Assembly (NCBI GenBank): GCA_033762915.1
Contig: JANRLD010000107.1
Location: 1 to 64,000, forward strand
From: Meiothermus sp.
GTDB lineage: Bacteria; Deinococcota; Deinococci; Deinococcales; Thermaceae
Length of the DNA: 64,000 nucleotides
Direction: 5' to 3'
The notes beneath the pieces are model-generated. The model ran no database searches. It had not been told where the DNA came from and saw only the letters and a list, made by a program, of their open reading frames with translations. Each line of letters begins with the position of its first letter. The stretch's first letter is position 1. A program made the position numbers and the translations under genes. Of this stretch, positions 27,942-37,326 are shown in pieces.

Positions 27942-28295
27942 CTAAGAGTTGGGCCGTCCACCGCGCTGATAGGCTTTCTCGAGCGCGGGCTCGAGGCCGC
28001 TCAGCTCTAGCTGCCGCTCCTCGAACACAGCCGTGCAGGCCTCGAGGCTCACGTAGACCTTGAACGCCGAGGGGTGGTCGCCTGGATACTTGCGCAGGTT
28101 CAGCCGTACCACCGTCCCGTTCTCCCAAAACGCATCGTCCAGCGACCAGTTGCCGTCCTCAAAGCGCAGCAGCACCTCCCCAGTGCGGCTGTCCAGAATC
28201 TCGGGGCTTTCAATCCAGTGCGACATACGGGCTTCCCAGAGGTGAACTTGGATCAGGTAGCGCCCGTCGGGTGAAGTGGAACGAAGCTCGGTCAT
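27942..28295 (-). CDS. Hypothetical protein
   Basis: 117 aa, SPDGRY...EARMSHWIESP, abuts the upstream stop codon. Confidence 0.7.
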   Translation of the reverse strand: MTELRSTSPDGRYLIQVHLWEARMSHWIESPEILDSRTGEVLLRFEDGNWSLDDAFWENGTVVRLNLRKYPGDHPSAFKVYVSLEACTAVFEERQLELSGLEPALEKAYQRGGRPNS

Positions 28296-28517
28296 TTAAC
28301 GAATGCCTTTGCGCACGGTGGTGGTTTGCAATTCCTGTGCGACTTGATGCAGGTGCTGGCCCAGTTCTTCGACCCGGCTGTAGTAGCTGCGATGGCCCGA
28401 GTGGATGTCCTCGAGGCAGGCCCGCAGCCCGCCACCCGGCTTGAGCCACAGGTGTAACAGCAGCGAGGCCCGGCTAGAAGGTTTGGGGTGGTTGGCACAC
28501 AAATGGGTTTGGCTCAT
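28296..28517 (-). CDS. Small conserved protein, paralog of 37327-37539
   Basis: GGAGG RBS, SLLLHLW...RACLED.HSG.R.Y.SR.EEL. Confidence 0.75.
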   Translation of the reverse strand: MSQTHLCANHPKPSSRASLLLHLWLKPGGGLRACLEDIHSGHRSYYSRVEELGQHLHQVAQELQTTTVRKGIR

Positions 28518-28558
28518 GTGATCCTCCCGTACAGCGACAGTCCGCCGACGATGGAAGA

Positions 28559-28591
28559 AGGGTACAAATTGGGGCGTAGCCTGAGCGTGGC
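28559..28591 (-). promoter_or_regulatory. Putative SARP-activated promoter (GCCACGC-N4-GCTACGC-N9-TACCCT)
   Basis: Same geometry as 27450, 37085 and 37592. Confidence 0.7.
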
Positions 28592-28705
28592 TTGTCGGTT
28601 CAGTGTCCGTGGTGCACCTCGAAATCACTCGAGTTCTTTCAGAAGTCGTCGTGCCTCGAACGCCAAGACCAACACACTTGGAATTTCTTAGATGCTAAAG
28701 AAGAT

Positions 28706-29080
28706 CTAGCTTGTTTCTCGAGCCATACGTTCAGATTCGAGAATCTTGCCAAACCTCTCAGCCCAAGGATGCTGGGATAGTTGCAAAGACTGTTCTTGGG
28801 TCAGGTATCGCCAGCGTAGCAAGTCCACCCACGCGGCGCCTGCCATGAACGTATCAGAGTCGTCCTCAATCAGCCTTAAGAACTCCTCGAGCTGTGCTTG
28901 AGTAAACCCTTGGTGGGTTCGCAGAATTTCCCGAAAGGCGGCATACCGTAAGTGCTCGGTCGGGCTGCTTTCGGCGATGTAGTTCTCGGCGGCCTGTATC
29001 AGCCACCCCTCGGCAATCAAGCCCGAAGAACGCCAAGACGCACCAAAGCCCAGCTCGGTCAGGGTTTGCTCAGCATTTAT
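28706..29080 (-). CDS. Hypothetical protein, start codon apparently ATA
   Basis: Frame open to an ATA at 29080 that has a GAGGTG RBS and overlaps the upstream TAA. Alternative TTG start at 29020. Confidence 0.5.
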   Translation of the reverse strand: MNAEQTLTELGFGASWRSSGLIAEGWLIQAAENYIAESSPTEHLRYAAFREILRTHQGFTQAQLEEFLRLIEDDSDTFMAGAAWVDLLRWRYLTQEQSLQLSQHPWAERFGKILESERMARETS

Positions 29081-29613
29081 GGGTTGATCACCTCATTCAC
29101 CTTAAGCGCAACGGCCCTCATGGTGGCAGGGATGGCGGCGATGACGATTTCGCTGCGGTTGTCGGAGCGGTTGCGGGTTCCGCCCGCGCCTGTGGCTTCC
29201 ACACGGCGCACCAGCTTGCCGCTGAAGTCCACGATACTCACCGTGGCCTTGATCTCAGCGTAACCAATGAAACCACTTAGCAGGGGCGGGTCTTTGATGG
29301 TGGGCTGGGAGTAGATAAACACCACGTAGTTGGCTCTGGCTGCTGATGCCAAGCGCACCGCATTGTCCACATCGGCTTTGGTGCTGTCATTGTAGAGCAG
29401 CCCGTAGTCCCGAAACGAATCATCGCTGGCCAAAACCGTGTAGCCAAGGTCTTGAAAGCTTTGGCTGGCGTTGCGCAGGGCATCCTGGTAGCTAACGTTG
29501 CGGTCTACATTGATGACCAAGCGCACATTGGACGGTGCGGGCTTGGCAGTGGGTTGGGCGGTGGGCACACAGGCCGTGAGCAAAACCAGCAGCGTAAGAA
29601 CAAACCATTTCAT
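29077..29613 (-). CDS. Lipoprotein, hypothetical
   Basis: MKWFVLTLLVLLTAC lipobox, GAGGTG RBS. Confidence 0.75.
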   Translation of the reverse strand: MKWFVLTLLVLLTACVPTAQPTAKPAPSNVRLVINVDRNVSYQDALRNASQSFQDLGYTVLASDDSFRDYGLLYNDSTKADVDNAVRLASAARANYVVFIYSQPTIKDPPLLSGFIGYAEIKATVSIVDFSGKLVRRVEATGAGGTRNRSDNRSEIVIAAIPATMRAVALKVNEVINP

Positions 29614-29709
29614 GTAATCACCTCGAGACACTTTCATACCGAGGAGATTAGCTGCCCGCTCTCGCGCCGCTGTCACTGGAACCTTGGCCATGTTGGCAAT
29701 ACCCGAAAT

Positions 29710-29790
29710 TTACTCTGCTGCTTCGCGCCTTATGCCCAAGGCTTTGAGCTCGATGCCCTACCCGCGCAACGTGGGGAGGTCGGCCTCGAG
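29710..29790 (-). pseudogene. 3' remnant of a SARP-STAND-DUF1670 gene
   Basis: LEADLPTLRG*GIELKALGIRREA matches the ends of the 37894 and 41610 genes. Homology stops at CTCGAG 29785-29790. Confidence 0.8.
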
Positions 29791-29840
29791 CCGATTGAGT
29801 TGGCCTGGTTCCGTTCAGCCCATTAGACCGATGCGTCTCA

Positions 29841-30060
29841 GAGAGGTTCCCACACATACTTCCTAAAACCTTTGTTGATGTAGAGCGGTTGCCACGAACA
29901 TTCGGTACGGCGGTTGGTGCCAGACCGAGTGCAATACTCCCCTTTAACCCACGCTTTAGCGCCCGCTTTGGCGCAGCATCGTCGGCGGAGTATGGGTGGT
30001 AAACACGATACGGAGTAGATTATCTGCCGCCGTGAGGGAGGCAATGGGAGAAACGCGACA
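29841..30060 (+). repeat. Three-way-junction element with a nested related element at 29881-30008
   Basis: GAGAGGTTCCCACACATACTTCC...CGGAGTAGATTATCTGCCGCCGTGAGGGAGGCAATG, homologous to the 41520 and 61178 copies. Confidence 0.7.
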
Positions 30061-30232
30061 AGACCTAGGCTCCAGCCTGACACAGCAGGCCTCCAGTGTC
30101 CCCGGTTCCCTGCCTGGCAACCCCATGTGGGCGAGAATCTGCCCGCACCCGAACTGGGCCACCGCCCGACTCTACCAAGCCCATGGCGTAAACCGGCACC
30201 TTCGTGCAAGGGGCAGCGTAAAACCCGGTCGG

Positions 30233-30832
30233 CTATACCATCCCGTAGCCACAGTGGCGCAGCCCGCCTTGCATAAAGTGCAGGGTCTGTCGGAGCATCT
30301 GCTCGAGGGGGGGTGGGTTTTGCATCTGGTGCCAGCGCAGGGCCGACCCGAAGATCATCCAGGCCAGCATGGATGCCACGTGATCGGCCTCCATCATAGG
30401 GGCGTCGGCGGATTGGCGCAGTTTGCGCAGCCAGCTCTGCAAGATCACCTCGACCTTGTTGCGAATCTGCACCTCGAGCTGGGCCTGCATGTTGTCGTCA
30501 TGGGCTTCACAGTCGGCGTAGATTTTGGTCAGATACCCAAACACGATTTCCAGCAGACCCCGCAGGTTTTCCGGCGTGAGAGTCGATGCGCTTTTTAGCT
30601 GTTGGCTGATGAGGGCATCGAAGCTCTCAGAAATCAGGCTTTGGAAGAGGTCGTCTTTGTCGCGGTAGTGGATGTAAAAGGTGGCCCGGTTGATTTCGGC
30701 CCGCTCGCTGATGTCCTGCACGGTCACCTGGCTAAAGCCTTGCTCGTTGACGAGAGCGAAAAAGGCAGTTTCGATGGCTTTCCTGGTCCGACGCACGCGG
30801 GGGTCGGTCCGCCCGGGGTTGATGGTCGACAT
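30233..30832 (-). CDS. TetR/AcrR family transcriptional regulator
   Basis: DPRVRRTRKAI...VTVQDISERAEINRATFYIHY HTH, AAGGAG RBS. Confidence 0.92.
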   Translation of the reverse strand: MSTINPGRTDPRVRRTRKAIETAFFALVNEQGFSQVTVQDISERAEINRATFYIHYRDKDDLFQSLISESFDALISQQLKSASTLTPENLRGLLEIVFGYLTKIYADCEAHDDNMQAQLEVQIRNKVEVILQSWLRKLRQSADAPMMEADHVASMLAWMIFGSALRWHQMQNPPPLEQMLRQTLHFMQGGLRHCGYGMV

Positions 30833-30961
30833 TATGGGCTCCTTGTCGTCTATCCGACACTTCAGGCAATCTGTGCGTTGAAGTGCAAAGACACTGGGTG
30901 GAATTATAAACGACGCATGTCGGATAGTCGACATTTGTTGCCGACATCAAAAGGAGTACCA

Positions 30962-31318
30962 ATGGATATCGTCTTGTGGATCGTTCAGGTTTTGCTGGCC
31001 TTGGCCTTCTTGGCGGCAGGCGCGATGAAGCTCACTCAACCCAAAAGTCGGCTGGTAGCCAACTTGAAGTGGGCGGAGGACTTTTCTGAAAGCAACATCA
31101 AGCTGATCGGCCTGGCCGAGGTGTTGGGTGCGTTGGGCCTGGTTTTGCCGATGTGGACTGGAATTTTGCCGTGGCTTACCCCGCTGGCAGCGGCTGGCCT
31201 TGCTGTGCTGATGATTGGGGCATCGGCAACCCACTTCCGCAGAAAAGAAACTATGGTGCCCAGCGGGGTGCTGGGAGTTCTGGCAGTTTTGGTCGGGCTG
31301 GGTCGCTTTGGGGGGTAG
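30962..31318 (+). CDS. DoxX family membrane protein
   Basis: LLALAFLAAG.MKL, IGLAEVLGALGL.LP, divergent from TetR. Confidence 0.88.
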   Translation: MDIVLWIVQVLLALAFLAAGAMKLTQPKSRLVANLKWAEDFSESNIKLIGLAEVLGALGLVLPMWTGILPWLTPLAAAGLAVLMIGASATHFRRKETMVPSGVLGVLAVLVGLGRFGG

Positions 31319-31419
31319 GGCGAACCACTTGGGTTTGCGTGTCGTTCCCTTTGTTTTTTGGGGACGGCCCACCCTGTCCCAAATCCTTCTTAACAGAGCC
31401 TGGGTAAAGCCCTGGCGGG

Positions 31420-31551
31420 TTCGCAATATCTCCCCATTAGCAGCGCAGCGGTAATGCCTGGTTGGGCCAGGTTCGGTCTGTTGTTTCTCTACCGCCAGCG
31501 TTTGGCCAATCAAACCGGGGCGGCTCAGGGGATGCGTGGGAACTGCGCTCA
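31420..31551 (-). repeat. Diverged copy of the three-way-junction element
   Basis: GTTCCCACGCAT start directly after the globin stop, CATTAC...TAATG stem retained. Confidence 0.45.
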
Positions 31552-31959
31552 GGCCGCGCGGGCGGCCTCCTGCATCACCTCGGCCAGTTGGGTGTACACG
31601 GCGACCCAGGCCTCGCGCACCTCTTCGGTGAAGTGGCTGCCCAGCGTCTGGTCGAGGGCGTGCAGGAGCGCCCCGGCCACGGTGGCGTAGTGCTCGTCCG
31701 TCACGCCGTACTCGAGGTGGCGTACGCCCATACGCTGCACCGCTGGGATCAGCGCTTCGAAGCGCTCGGGGTCGCCCAGCAGGGTGTCGAGCATCTGGCC
31801 GAACTTTAGCTGCTGGAGGTGGATCTCGGTGGGGAACATCGGGCGCAGGTCGGGGTCGAGCTCGAAGAGGCGGGCGTAAAAGGCCGAGACGGCCCGGTCG
31901 AGGTCGGGCATCAGCACGACGAAGGAGCGGTGGGCAAGCTGAAGCTGCTGGGGGGTCAT
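31549..31959 (-). CDS. Single-domain globin (flavohemoglobin-type globin domain)
   Basis: FYARLF (B10 Tyr), PMF (CD1), Gln E7, RH..YGV (F8 His). ATGA overlap with the STAND gene. Confidence 0.9.
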   Translation of the reverse strand: MTPQQLQLAHRSFVVLMPDLDRAVSAFYARLFELDPDLRPMFPTEIHLQQLKFGQMLDTLLGDPERFEALIPAVQRMGVRHLEYGVTDEHYATVAGALLHALDQTLGSHFTEEVREAWVAVYTQLAEVMQEAARAA

Positions 31960-34900
31960 GCGCGGCTCCGTCGCCTCAGCTCGAGGTGGCGCAAAAGCGC
32001 GTCGGCCTCGAACTCGGGCAGGCTCTCGGCGAGGTTGTTGGCGGCCTCTCGGAAGGCATCGAGGTGGGCGGGGTCGAGCCGGGCCAGGGCCGCGTGTAGG
32101 TGAAGGGCCTCGAGCGGGGGAACCTTGCCACCCTCGAGCAGCGCCAGTCCCTCCTGGGGGCCGTCGCCCAGCCGCAGACGCACCGCCAGCAGCTCGGCCA
32201 GCGGGCCGGGGGACTGGCTGGAGGCGACTGCGACCGTGCGGGCCTTTTCGGTCTGCCCCAGTGCGTGGTAGGCCAGCCCCAGCGCGGCGCGGGCGGTGGT
32301 CTGGTCGTTGGGGCGGGCGTTGGGGTTTTGCAGCACCCGCTCCAGCACCTCCACCGCCGCCTCGGGCTGGCCCAGCGCGGCGCGGCAGTAGGCCAGTTCG
32401 GCCTCGAGCTCGAGGTTGTAGTCCACCCGCCCCAGCTCGGCACGGACGGCCTGAACCTCGGCGAGCAGCTCGAGGGCGGGCTCGGTGCGGCCCAGCAGGC
32501 GCAGCAGGTGGGCCAGGTGGATTCGCCGCCCGATTCGCCCGTCGCCCTCGGAGACCTGATCGCCCAGCAGGATGGACTCCCTGAAGGCCGCCAGGGCCTT
32601 GCCCAGTTCGCCGCGAGCTGCCCGAATCTGAGCCTCGCGGTGTCGGAAGACGCCCTCGAGGCGCGGCTCGCGGGGCTCGCGCACCAGCTCGAGGCCACGC
32701 TCGAGGCTCTCCAGCGCCCCCGCATAATCGCCGTAGTCCACCTTTAGGCCGATCAGGTTGAGGAGGTACGACTTCTCCTGGGTCCGGCTGCCGATCTCCC
32801 GCGCTCCCCGGATGGCCTGTTCCAGCAGCCGTATCCCACCGGCGGTATCGCCGGTCAGCCAGGCGTCGCGGGCGGCGGCGTTGAGCAGGATCAGGGGACC
32901 GCGACGGTCGCCGGCCTGTATGTACAGGGCCCGGGCCTCTTCGCGGTGGCGGGCAGCGTCTTCGAACCTGCGTCCCACCGAGGCCACCACGCCCAGGTCG
33001 TTGAAGGCGGTGGCCCGCATCTGGGGGGCGTCGGCGAGTTCGAGCTCGAGGACGCGCCTGAGCCGGACTTCGGCCTCGTCGTTGCGGCCCAGGCGGTGCA
33101 GCGCCCATCCCGCCACCAGGAGGAGCCTTGCGGCGGTCTTGGGCGGTAGGTGGGGGTCGGCGGCGGCCTGGTCGGCCCGCTGGGCAGCCTCCTTGATGCG
33201 GCCCTGGTCGATCAGGAACTCGCTTCGGGCAGCGATCACCTCGGCCTGCCCAGCGGGGGTGAGGCGCGCGGCGAGGCTCTCGAGGGCGGCCAGCTCGGCC
33301 TCCTGCCCGGCGGGCTGGGCCAGGTCGCGCTGCAGGCGCAGCCGCTGCAGGCGCACCCCCAGGGCGTGCTCATCGTCCAGCCCGTGCTCCAGCGCCAGCG
33401 CGTAGTGCTCGAGGGCAGCCTGATGGGCGTAGGTGCGCTCGGCGGCCTCAGCGGCCCGGACCCGCCAGGGTGCGGCCTCGGCGGCCCGCCCGGCCCGCTC
33501 GAGGTGGGCGGCGATGCGGGCGGGCTCGGCCCGGGCGGCCTCGAGGGTCTGGGCCATCCGGCGGTGGACGAGCCGGCGGCGCTCGGGGCTGAGGCTGTCC
33601 TCGAGGGTGCGCCGCACCAGAGGGTGACCAAACCGGTAGCCCGCCCCCTGCGGGGCCAGTAGCCCTGCCCTGAGCCCAACCTCGAGGGCCTCCGTCGCGG
33701 CCCACTCGTCGAGGGCCACGGTGGGGGCCAGGTGCTCCAGCGAGAAGCCGTCGTCGGCCAGGCTGGCGGCCTCGAGCAGGCGCTGGGCGGCGGGCTCGAG
33801 GCGGCGCACCCGGTCCAGGATCGCCTCGCGAACGCCGGGGGGGATGGGCAGCTCGGCGTAGTCGGCGGTCTCGGCGTCGTAGGGGGTGGACCAGCCGCCT
33901 TCGTCGGCCTGGAGCGCCCCGACCTCGTGGAGGTGGCGTAAGGTCTCGAGCAAGTAGAGCGGGTTGCCACCGGTGGCCTGGCGGAGGCGGTGCGCGAACA
34001 GCGGCGCGTCCGCCCCCGAGAGGGTCCGCACAAACGTGCGGACTTCGGCCTCGGACAGGCCCCCGAGCCCCACCCGCGTCAGGCGACCCTCGCGCCGCAG
34101 GCCCTCCAGGGCCTTGGACAGCGCGCCGTTGTCCTCGAGCTCATCGGGCCGCGCGGTGGCGATCAGCCGCGGCCCCAGCGGCGCCTTGCGGGCCAGGTGC
34201 AGCACCAGCTCGAGGCTGCTGGGGTCGGCCCAGTGCAGGTCGTCAAAGACCATGGCCCCGCCCGGCCCGGCCGCCGCCACCAGCGCCCGGCTGAGCGCCT
34301 CGAGAAAGCGGGCCTTACCCTCGGCCAGGGGCTGGCTTTGCACCAGGCTGGGCTCGAGTTCGGGCACCAGCCGGGCCGCTTCGCTGCGCCAGACCGCCTC
34401 GAGGCTTTCCAGTCGTCTGCGCTGCCGGGGGTCGCCCAGGGCGGCCCGCAGTGCCTCGGCGGTGGGGTAGTGGGGGGTCTGGAGGGCGATCTCCTGCGCC
34501 CGCAGCAGCAGCGGGGTGCCAAAGGTGGCCGCGAAGCCGAGGGCCAGCCGCGTCTTTCCCACCCCCGGCTCGCCCACCAGCAGTATCAGCCCCGGCCCAC
34601 CCGCCTCCAGCGCCGCCCAGGCCTCCTTGCGCCCGATCAGGGGCGGGTTGAGGCTGAGGGCGGGGGCGGCCGGTCCCCTGGCGGCGGGCTCGAGCAAGGC
34701 CTCGGTCTGCCGCGCCCGCTCGGCCACCGCGACCGTCTCGGGGAGCGGATCTAGGCCCAGCTCGGCCTTGAGCAGCTTCTTGAAGCGCTCGAAGCGGCCC
34801 TGGGCCTTCTCCCGCTCCCCCAGCAGTCCATGCAACCGGACGGCCTCGCGCTGGTGCGACTCCTGCAGCTCGTCCTCGGCCAGCAGGGCCAGGTGGGCCT

Positions 34901-35396
34901 CGAGCGCCCCCCGCAGGTCGCCCGCCGCCTCGAGTGCCCCCGCCTGGCGGTTCAGGGCGGCTCGGCGGGTCTCGGCCAGCTGCTCGCGGCGGAACTCCAG
35001 CCACTCCCCGAACTCCAGCGCTTCCAGGGGGCCGAAGCCCTCCAGCAGTGGCCCCCGGTACAGCGCCAGTGCGCCCGCGAGGTCGCCCGCCTCCAGCCGC
35101 GCCTCGAACTCGGCCACGTCGGTGTGGACGGGCGGGTTCAGCCAGACCGTCTCGGCGTCGGAGTCCAGCCAGCCCCCGAAAGCCGGTCGAAGCTCCCGCG
35201 AGAGTACCTGCCGCAGGTTGCGCCGGGCGGTCTCCTCGCCCAGTTCCGACCACAGCAGGTCGGCCAGCTTGGAGCGGGGGGTACGGCCCTCGAGGGCCAG
35301 GTAGACCGCCAGTGCCGCTGCCTTGCGCACCGGCAGCCGCACCGACCGGCCCTCAAGCCTGAATTCAAACTCCCCCAACAGTCGCGCTTCAATCAC
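31956..35396 (-). CDS. SARP/BTAD - AAA (STAND) ATPase - TPR transcriptional regulator
   Basis: RLLG.F, LYRGPLLEG, Walker A GEPGVGKT, Walker B FDDLHWAD, TGGNPLY, TPR helices. Confidence 0.92.
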   Translation of the reverse strand: MIEARLLGEFEFRLEGRSVRLPVRKAAALAVYLALEGRTPRSKLADLLWSELGEETARRNLRQVLSRELRPAFGGWLDSDAETVWLNPPVHTDVAEFEARLEAGDLAGALALYRGPLLEGFGPLEALEFGEWLEFRREQLAETRRAALNRQAGALEAAGDLRGALEAHLALLAEDELQESHQREAVRLHGLLGEREKAQGRFERFKKLLKAELGLDPLPETVAVAERARQTEALLEPAARGPAAPALSLNPPLIGRKEAWAALEAGGPGLILLVGEPGVGKTRLALGFAATFGTPLLLRAQEIALQTPHYPTAEALRAALGDPRQRRRLESLEAVWRSEAARLVPELEPSLVQSQPLAEGKARFLEALSRALVAAAGPGGAMVFDDLHWADPSSLELVLHLARKAPLGPRLIATARPDELEDNGALSKALEGLRREGRLTRVGLGGLSEAEVRTFVRTLSGADAPLFAHRLRQATGGNPLYLLETLRHLHEVGALQADEGGWSTPYDAETADYAELPIPPGVREAILDRVRRLEPAAQRLLEAASLADDGFSLEHLAPTVALDEWAATEALEVGLRAGLLAPQGAGYRFGHPLVRRTLEDSLSPERRRLVHRRMAQTLEAARAEPARIAAHLERAGRAAEAAPWRVRAAEAAERTYAHQAALEHYALALEHGLDDEHALGVRLQRLRLQRDLAQPAGQEAELAALESLAARLTPAGQAEVIAARSEFLIDQGRIKEAAQRADQAAADPHLPPKTAARLLLVAGWALHRLGRNDEAEVRLRRVLELELADAPQMRATAFNDLGVVASVGRRFEDAARHREEARALYIQAGDRRGPLILLNAAARDAWLTGDTAGGIRLLEQAIRGAREIGSRTQEKSYLLNLIGLKVDYGDYAGALESLERGLELVREPREPRLEGVFRHREAQIRAARGELGKALAAFRESILLGDQVSEGDGRIGRRIHLAHLLRLLGRTEPALELLAEVQAVRAELGRVDYNLELEAELAYCRAALGQPEAAVEVLERVLQNPNARPNDQTTARAALGLAYHALGQTEKARTVAVASSQSPGPLAELLAVRLRLGDGPQEGLALLEGGKVPPLEALHLHAALARLDPAHLDAFREAANNLAESLPEFEADALLRHLELRRRSRA

Positions 35397-35524
35397 GTCC
35401 GCCCACCCCGCGTTGTGTGCTGGCGCAATCCTACAGCCAAACTCAGAAAAGTTTTGGTCAATCACGCTTGGCGTTACGGGTTGGGCGAGTGAGGCGGGGA
35501 CGGGACTTGACCCTGATGCGGCTC

Positions 35525-36451
35525 CTACCTGCCGGTCTTTCGGCCCTGCTTGTAGCTAGATCTGCTGTCCCTCGCGTCGGCCTGGTCGGTGGGGGGCTGA
35601 AGCATCTCGAAGGTCGGGGCATCTGCTCCGGGAACCTCGTGGCCCTCGTAAAACACCCGGCTGCCGGTCTTGGCGTAGCCCAGCCAGAGCACCTTCAGCT
35701 GACCTCCGTCCGCCACCCTAAGCGGCTTTCCGGCGTGGTAGGCCCGCCCGGCGTCCCTGGCGTAGCCGCCCTCCAGCACCTCGAACGAGTCCGCCCGCGC
35801 CCCCTCGAGCCCCCAGGCCAGCACCGCCGGGGGCGGGAGGCCCAGGTCGACGAAGGCGTAGAAGAGATGGGCCTTGTCGCGAGCGTAATGGTCGTCCAGC
35901 GCAACGAAGCTGCCGCCGTCGCTGCCGGGGATGGGAACGTCGTTGTAGTAGCCGGAGAAGCGGTCTTGAGCGAACAGGCCGTGGTTCAGCAGCTCGAAGC
36001 TGGCCGCGTCCCGCACCTCGAAGGGCACGCCCTCGAAAAAGACCTTCTGGCTGTCCTTGGCGTAGCCGCGCCGCATCACCCGGAAGCTGGCGGGATCGGC
36101 CTCGAGCACCTTCACCACGCGGCGCTGGGTGGTGAAGTAGTCCTCGCTCTCGCGGCGGGCGAAGCAGTAGTAGACCTGGGCGCGGTCCCGGGCGTAATGG
36201 CGGTCGAGCACCTCGAAGCTGGGGCCGTTGCTGCCCGAGATGGCCAGCCCGCGAAAGTAGCCGTGCCGCTGGCTTCGGGCAAACTCACCGCCCAGGGGGG
36301 TCAGGCGCTCGCCGGGATGGAGCTGAAGGGGCTGATTGCGGTAAAACCAGACGCCGCCGCGCTGCTGGTAGGGCTCCTTGGTGCCGCAGCCGGTCAGCAG
36401 TGTGAGCAGTCCCATTGCCAGGGTACCTAGTCCCTTTGCGGCCAGTTTCAC
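35525..36451 (-). CDS. DKNYY-domain lipoprotein
   Basis: Lipobox LTGC, close paralog of 23528-24442, AAGGAG RBS. Confidence 0.85.
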   Translation of the reverse strand: MKLAAKGLGTLAMGLLTLLTGCGTKEPYQQRGGVWFYRNQPLQLHPGERLTPLGGEFARSQRHGYFRGLAISGSNGPSFEVLDRHYARDRAQVYYCFARRESEDYFTTQRRVVKVLEADPASFRVMRRGYAKDSQKVFFEGVPFEVRDAASFELLNHGLFAQDRFSGYYNDVPIPGSDGGSFVALDDHYARDKAHLFYAFVDLGLPPPAVLAWGLEGARADSFEVLEGGYARDAGRAYHAGKPLRVADGGQLKVLWLGYAKTGSRVFYEGHEVPGADAPTFEMLQPPTDQADARDSRSSYKQGRKTGR

Positions 36452-36519
36452 GTCTTTGCTCCTTGGGGCGGGTTGGCCTGATGCCAGGCTGCCCACAGGA
36501 CCCGGGGTTTCCCCCAGGC

Positions 36520-37077
36520 TCACCGGGCATAGCTCGAGGGCTGCCGGACCGGGGTGGGGGGCATCTGGAAGGGGGCGGGGGCGGCTTCGGGCTCTTGGGC
36601 GTCCTCGAAGCTGACCCACTCGCTGAAGTTGCTCTCGGCGGCCAGGGCGGCGGCCTTGGCGCGGTGGGCGCGGCTCTCGGGGGTGCCGAAGATGGGGCGC
36701 AACGGGCCGTAGTCGGAGGCCTCGAGTCGGGGCTCGAGGCCCTTGCTGCCGAAGATGGGCCGGAGGGCGGGGTACTTTTCCTCAACGGGCTTGGCCCTGG
36801 CCACAGGCTCGTCGGCGGGGGCCTGGACGGGCGTGAAGGCCTTCGCGCCGTAGAGGGAGCGCGGCGGGCCGTAGCGGTAGGGCCCCGAGACCGGCTGGGC
36901 TGGCTGGGCCACCTGGGCCAAGGGGGTTTTGGCCTGGGCGGGCCTGGCTATGGGGGTATGCAGTGCGGGTTTATGGACAGTGGCTGCAGGGGTGCGGGCG
37001 GCCGAGAAGAGGGACAGGATGCCGTGGAAGAAGGAGCCGCGGTGGGCGTGGTGGGGGGCTGCTAGGGTGGCGTTCAT
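36520..37077 (-). CDS. Pro/Ala-rich hypothetical protein
   Basis: Leaderless start after CATACT, internal repeat Y(P/G)(A/P)LRPIFG. Confidence 0.6.
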   Translation of the reverse strand: MNATLAAPHHAHRGSFFHGILSLFSAARTPAATVHKPALHTPIARPAQAKTPLAQVAQPAQPVSGPYRYGPPRSLYGAKAFTPVQAPADEPVARAKPVEEKYPALRPIFGSKGLEPRLEASDYGPLRPIFGTPESRAHRAKAAALAAESNFSEWVSFEDAQEPEAAPAPFQMPPTPVRQPSSYAR

Positions 37078-37084
37078 GGCTTTC

Positions 37085-37117
37085 AGTATGAAAAACGGGG
37101 CGTGGCCGGGGCGTGGC
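37085..37117 (-). promoter_or_regulatory. Putative SARP-activated promoter (GCCACGC-N4-GCCACGC-N9-CATACT-N7-ATG)
   Basis: Same geometry as the other three copies. Confidence 0.7.
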
Positions 37118-37131
37118 CTGGGGCCCGCGGC

Positions 37132-37308
37132 TCAGGCCACGGGCTTGGGCCGGGCCGAGGAGCGGGTCGGACGTAGGGCGTGCAGGAGGGGCTCGAGCCA
37201 AGCCACGGGGGGGCGGGCGGCCTGCCGAGCCAGGGCTTGCTGGGCGGCCTCGCGGTGCAGCCGCTCGAGGTGCTCTTGGGTGTGGGGGAGAAGGAAGTGG
37301 GGGTTCAT
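37132..37308 (-). CDS. 58-aa small protein (not in ORF track)
   Basis: AAGGAG RBS, MNPHFLLPHTQEHLERLHREAAQQALARQAARPPVAWLEPLLHALRPTRSSARPKPVA. Confidence 0.6.
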   Translation of the reverse strand: MNPHFLLPHTQEHLERLHREAAQQALARQAARPPVAWLEPLLHALRPTRSSARPKPVA

Positions 37309-37326
37309 GGGTTGCTCCTTGGGGGA

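Noticed and set aside
31960..33108. 519-aa ORF including the globin
   Set aside because: The upstream part is an alternate frame of the STAND gene. The globin starts at 31959.
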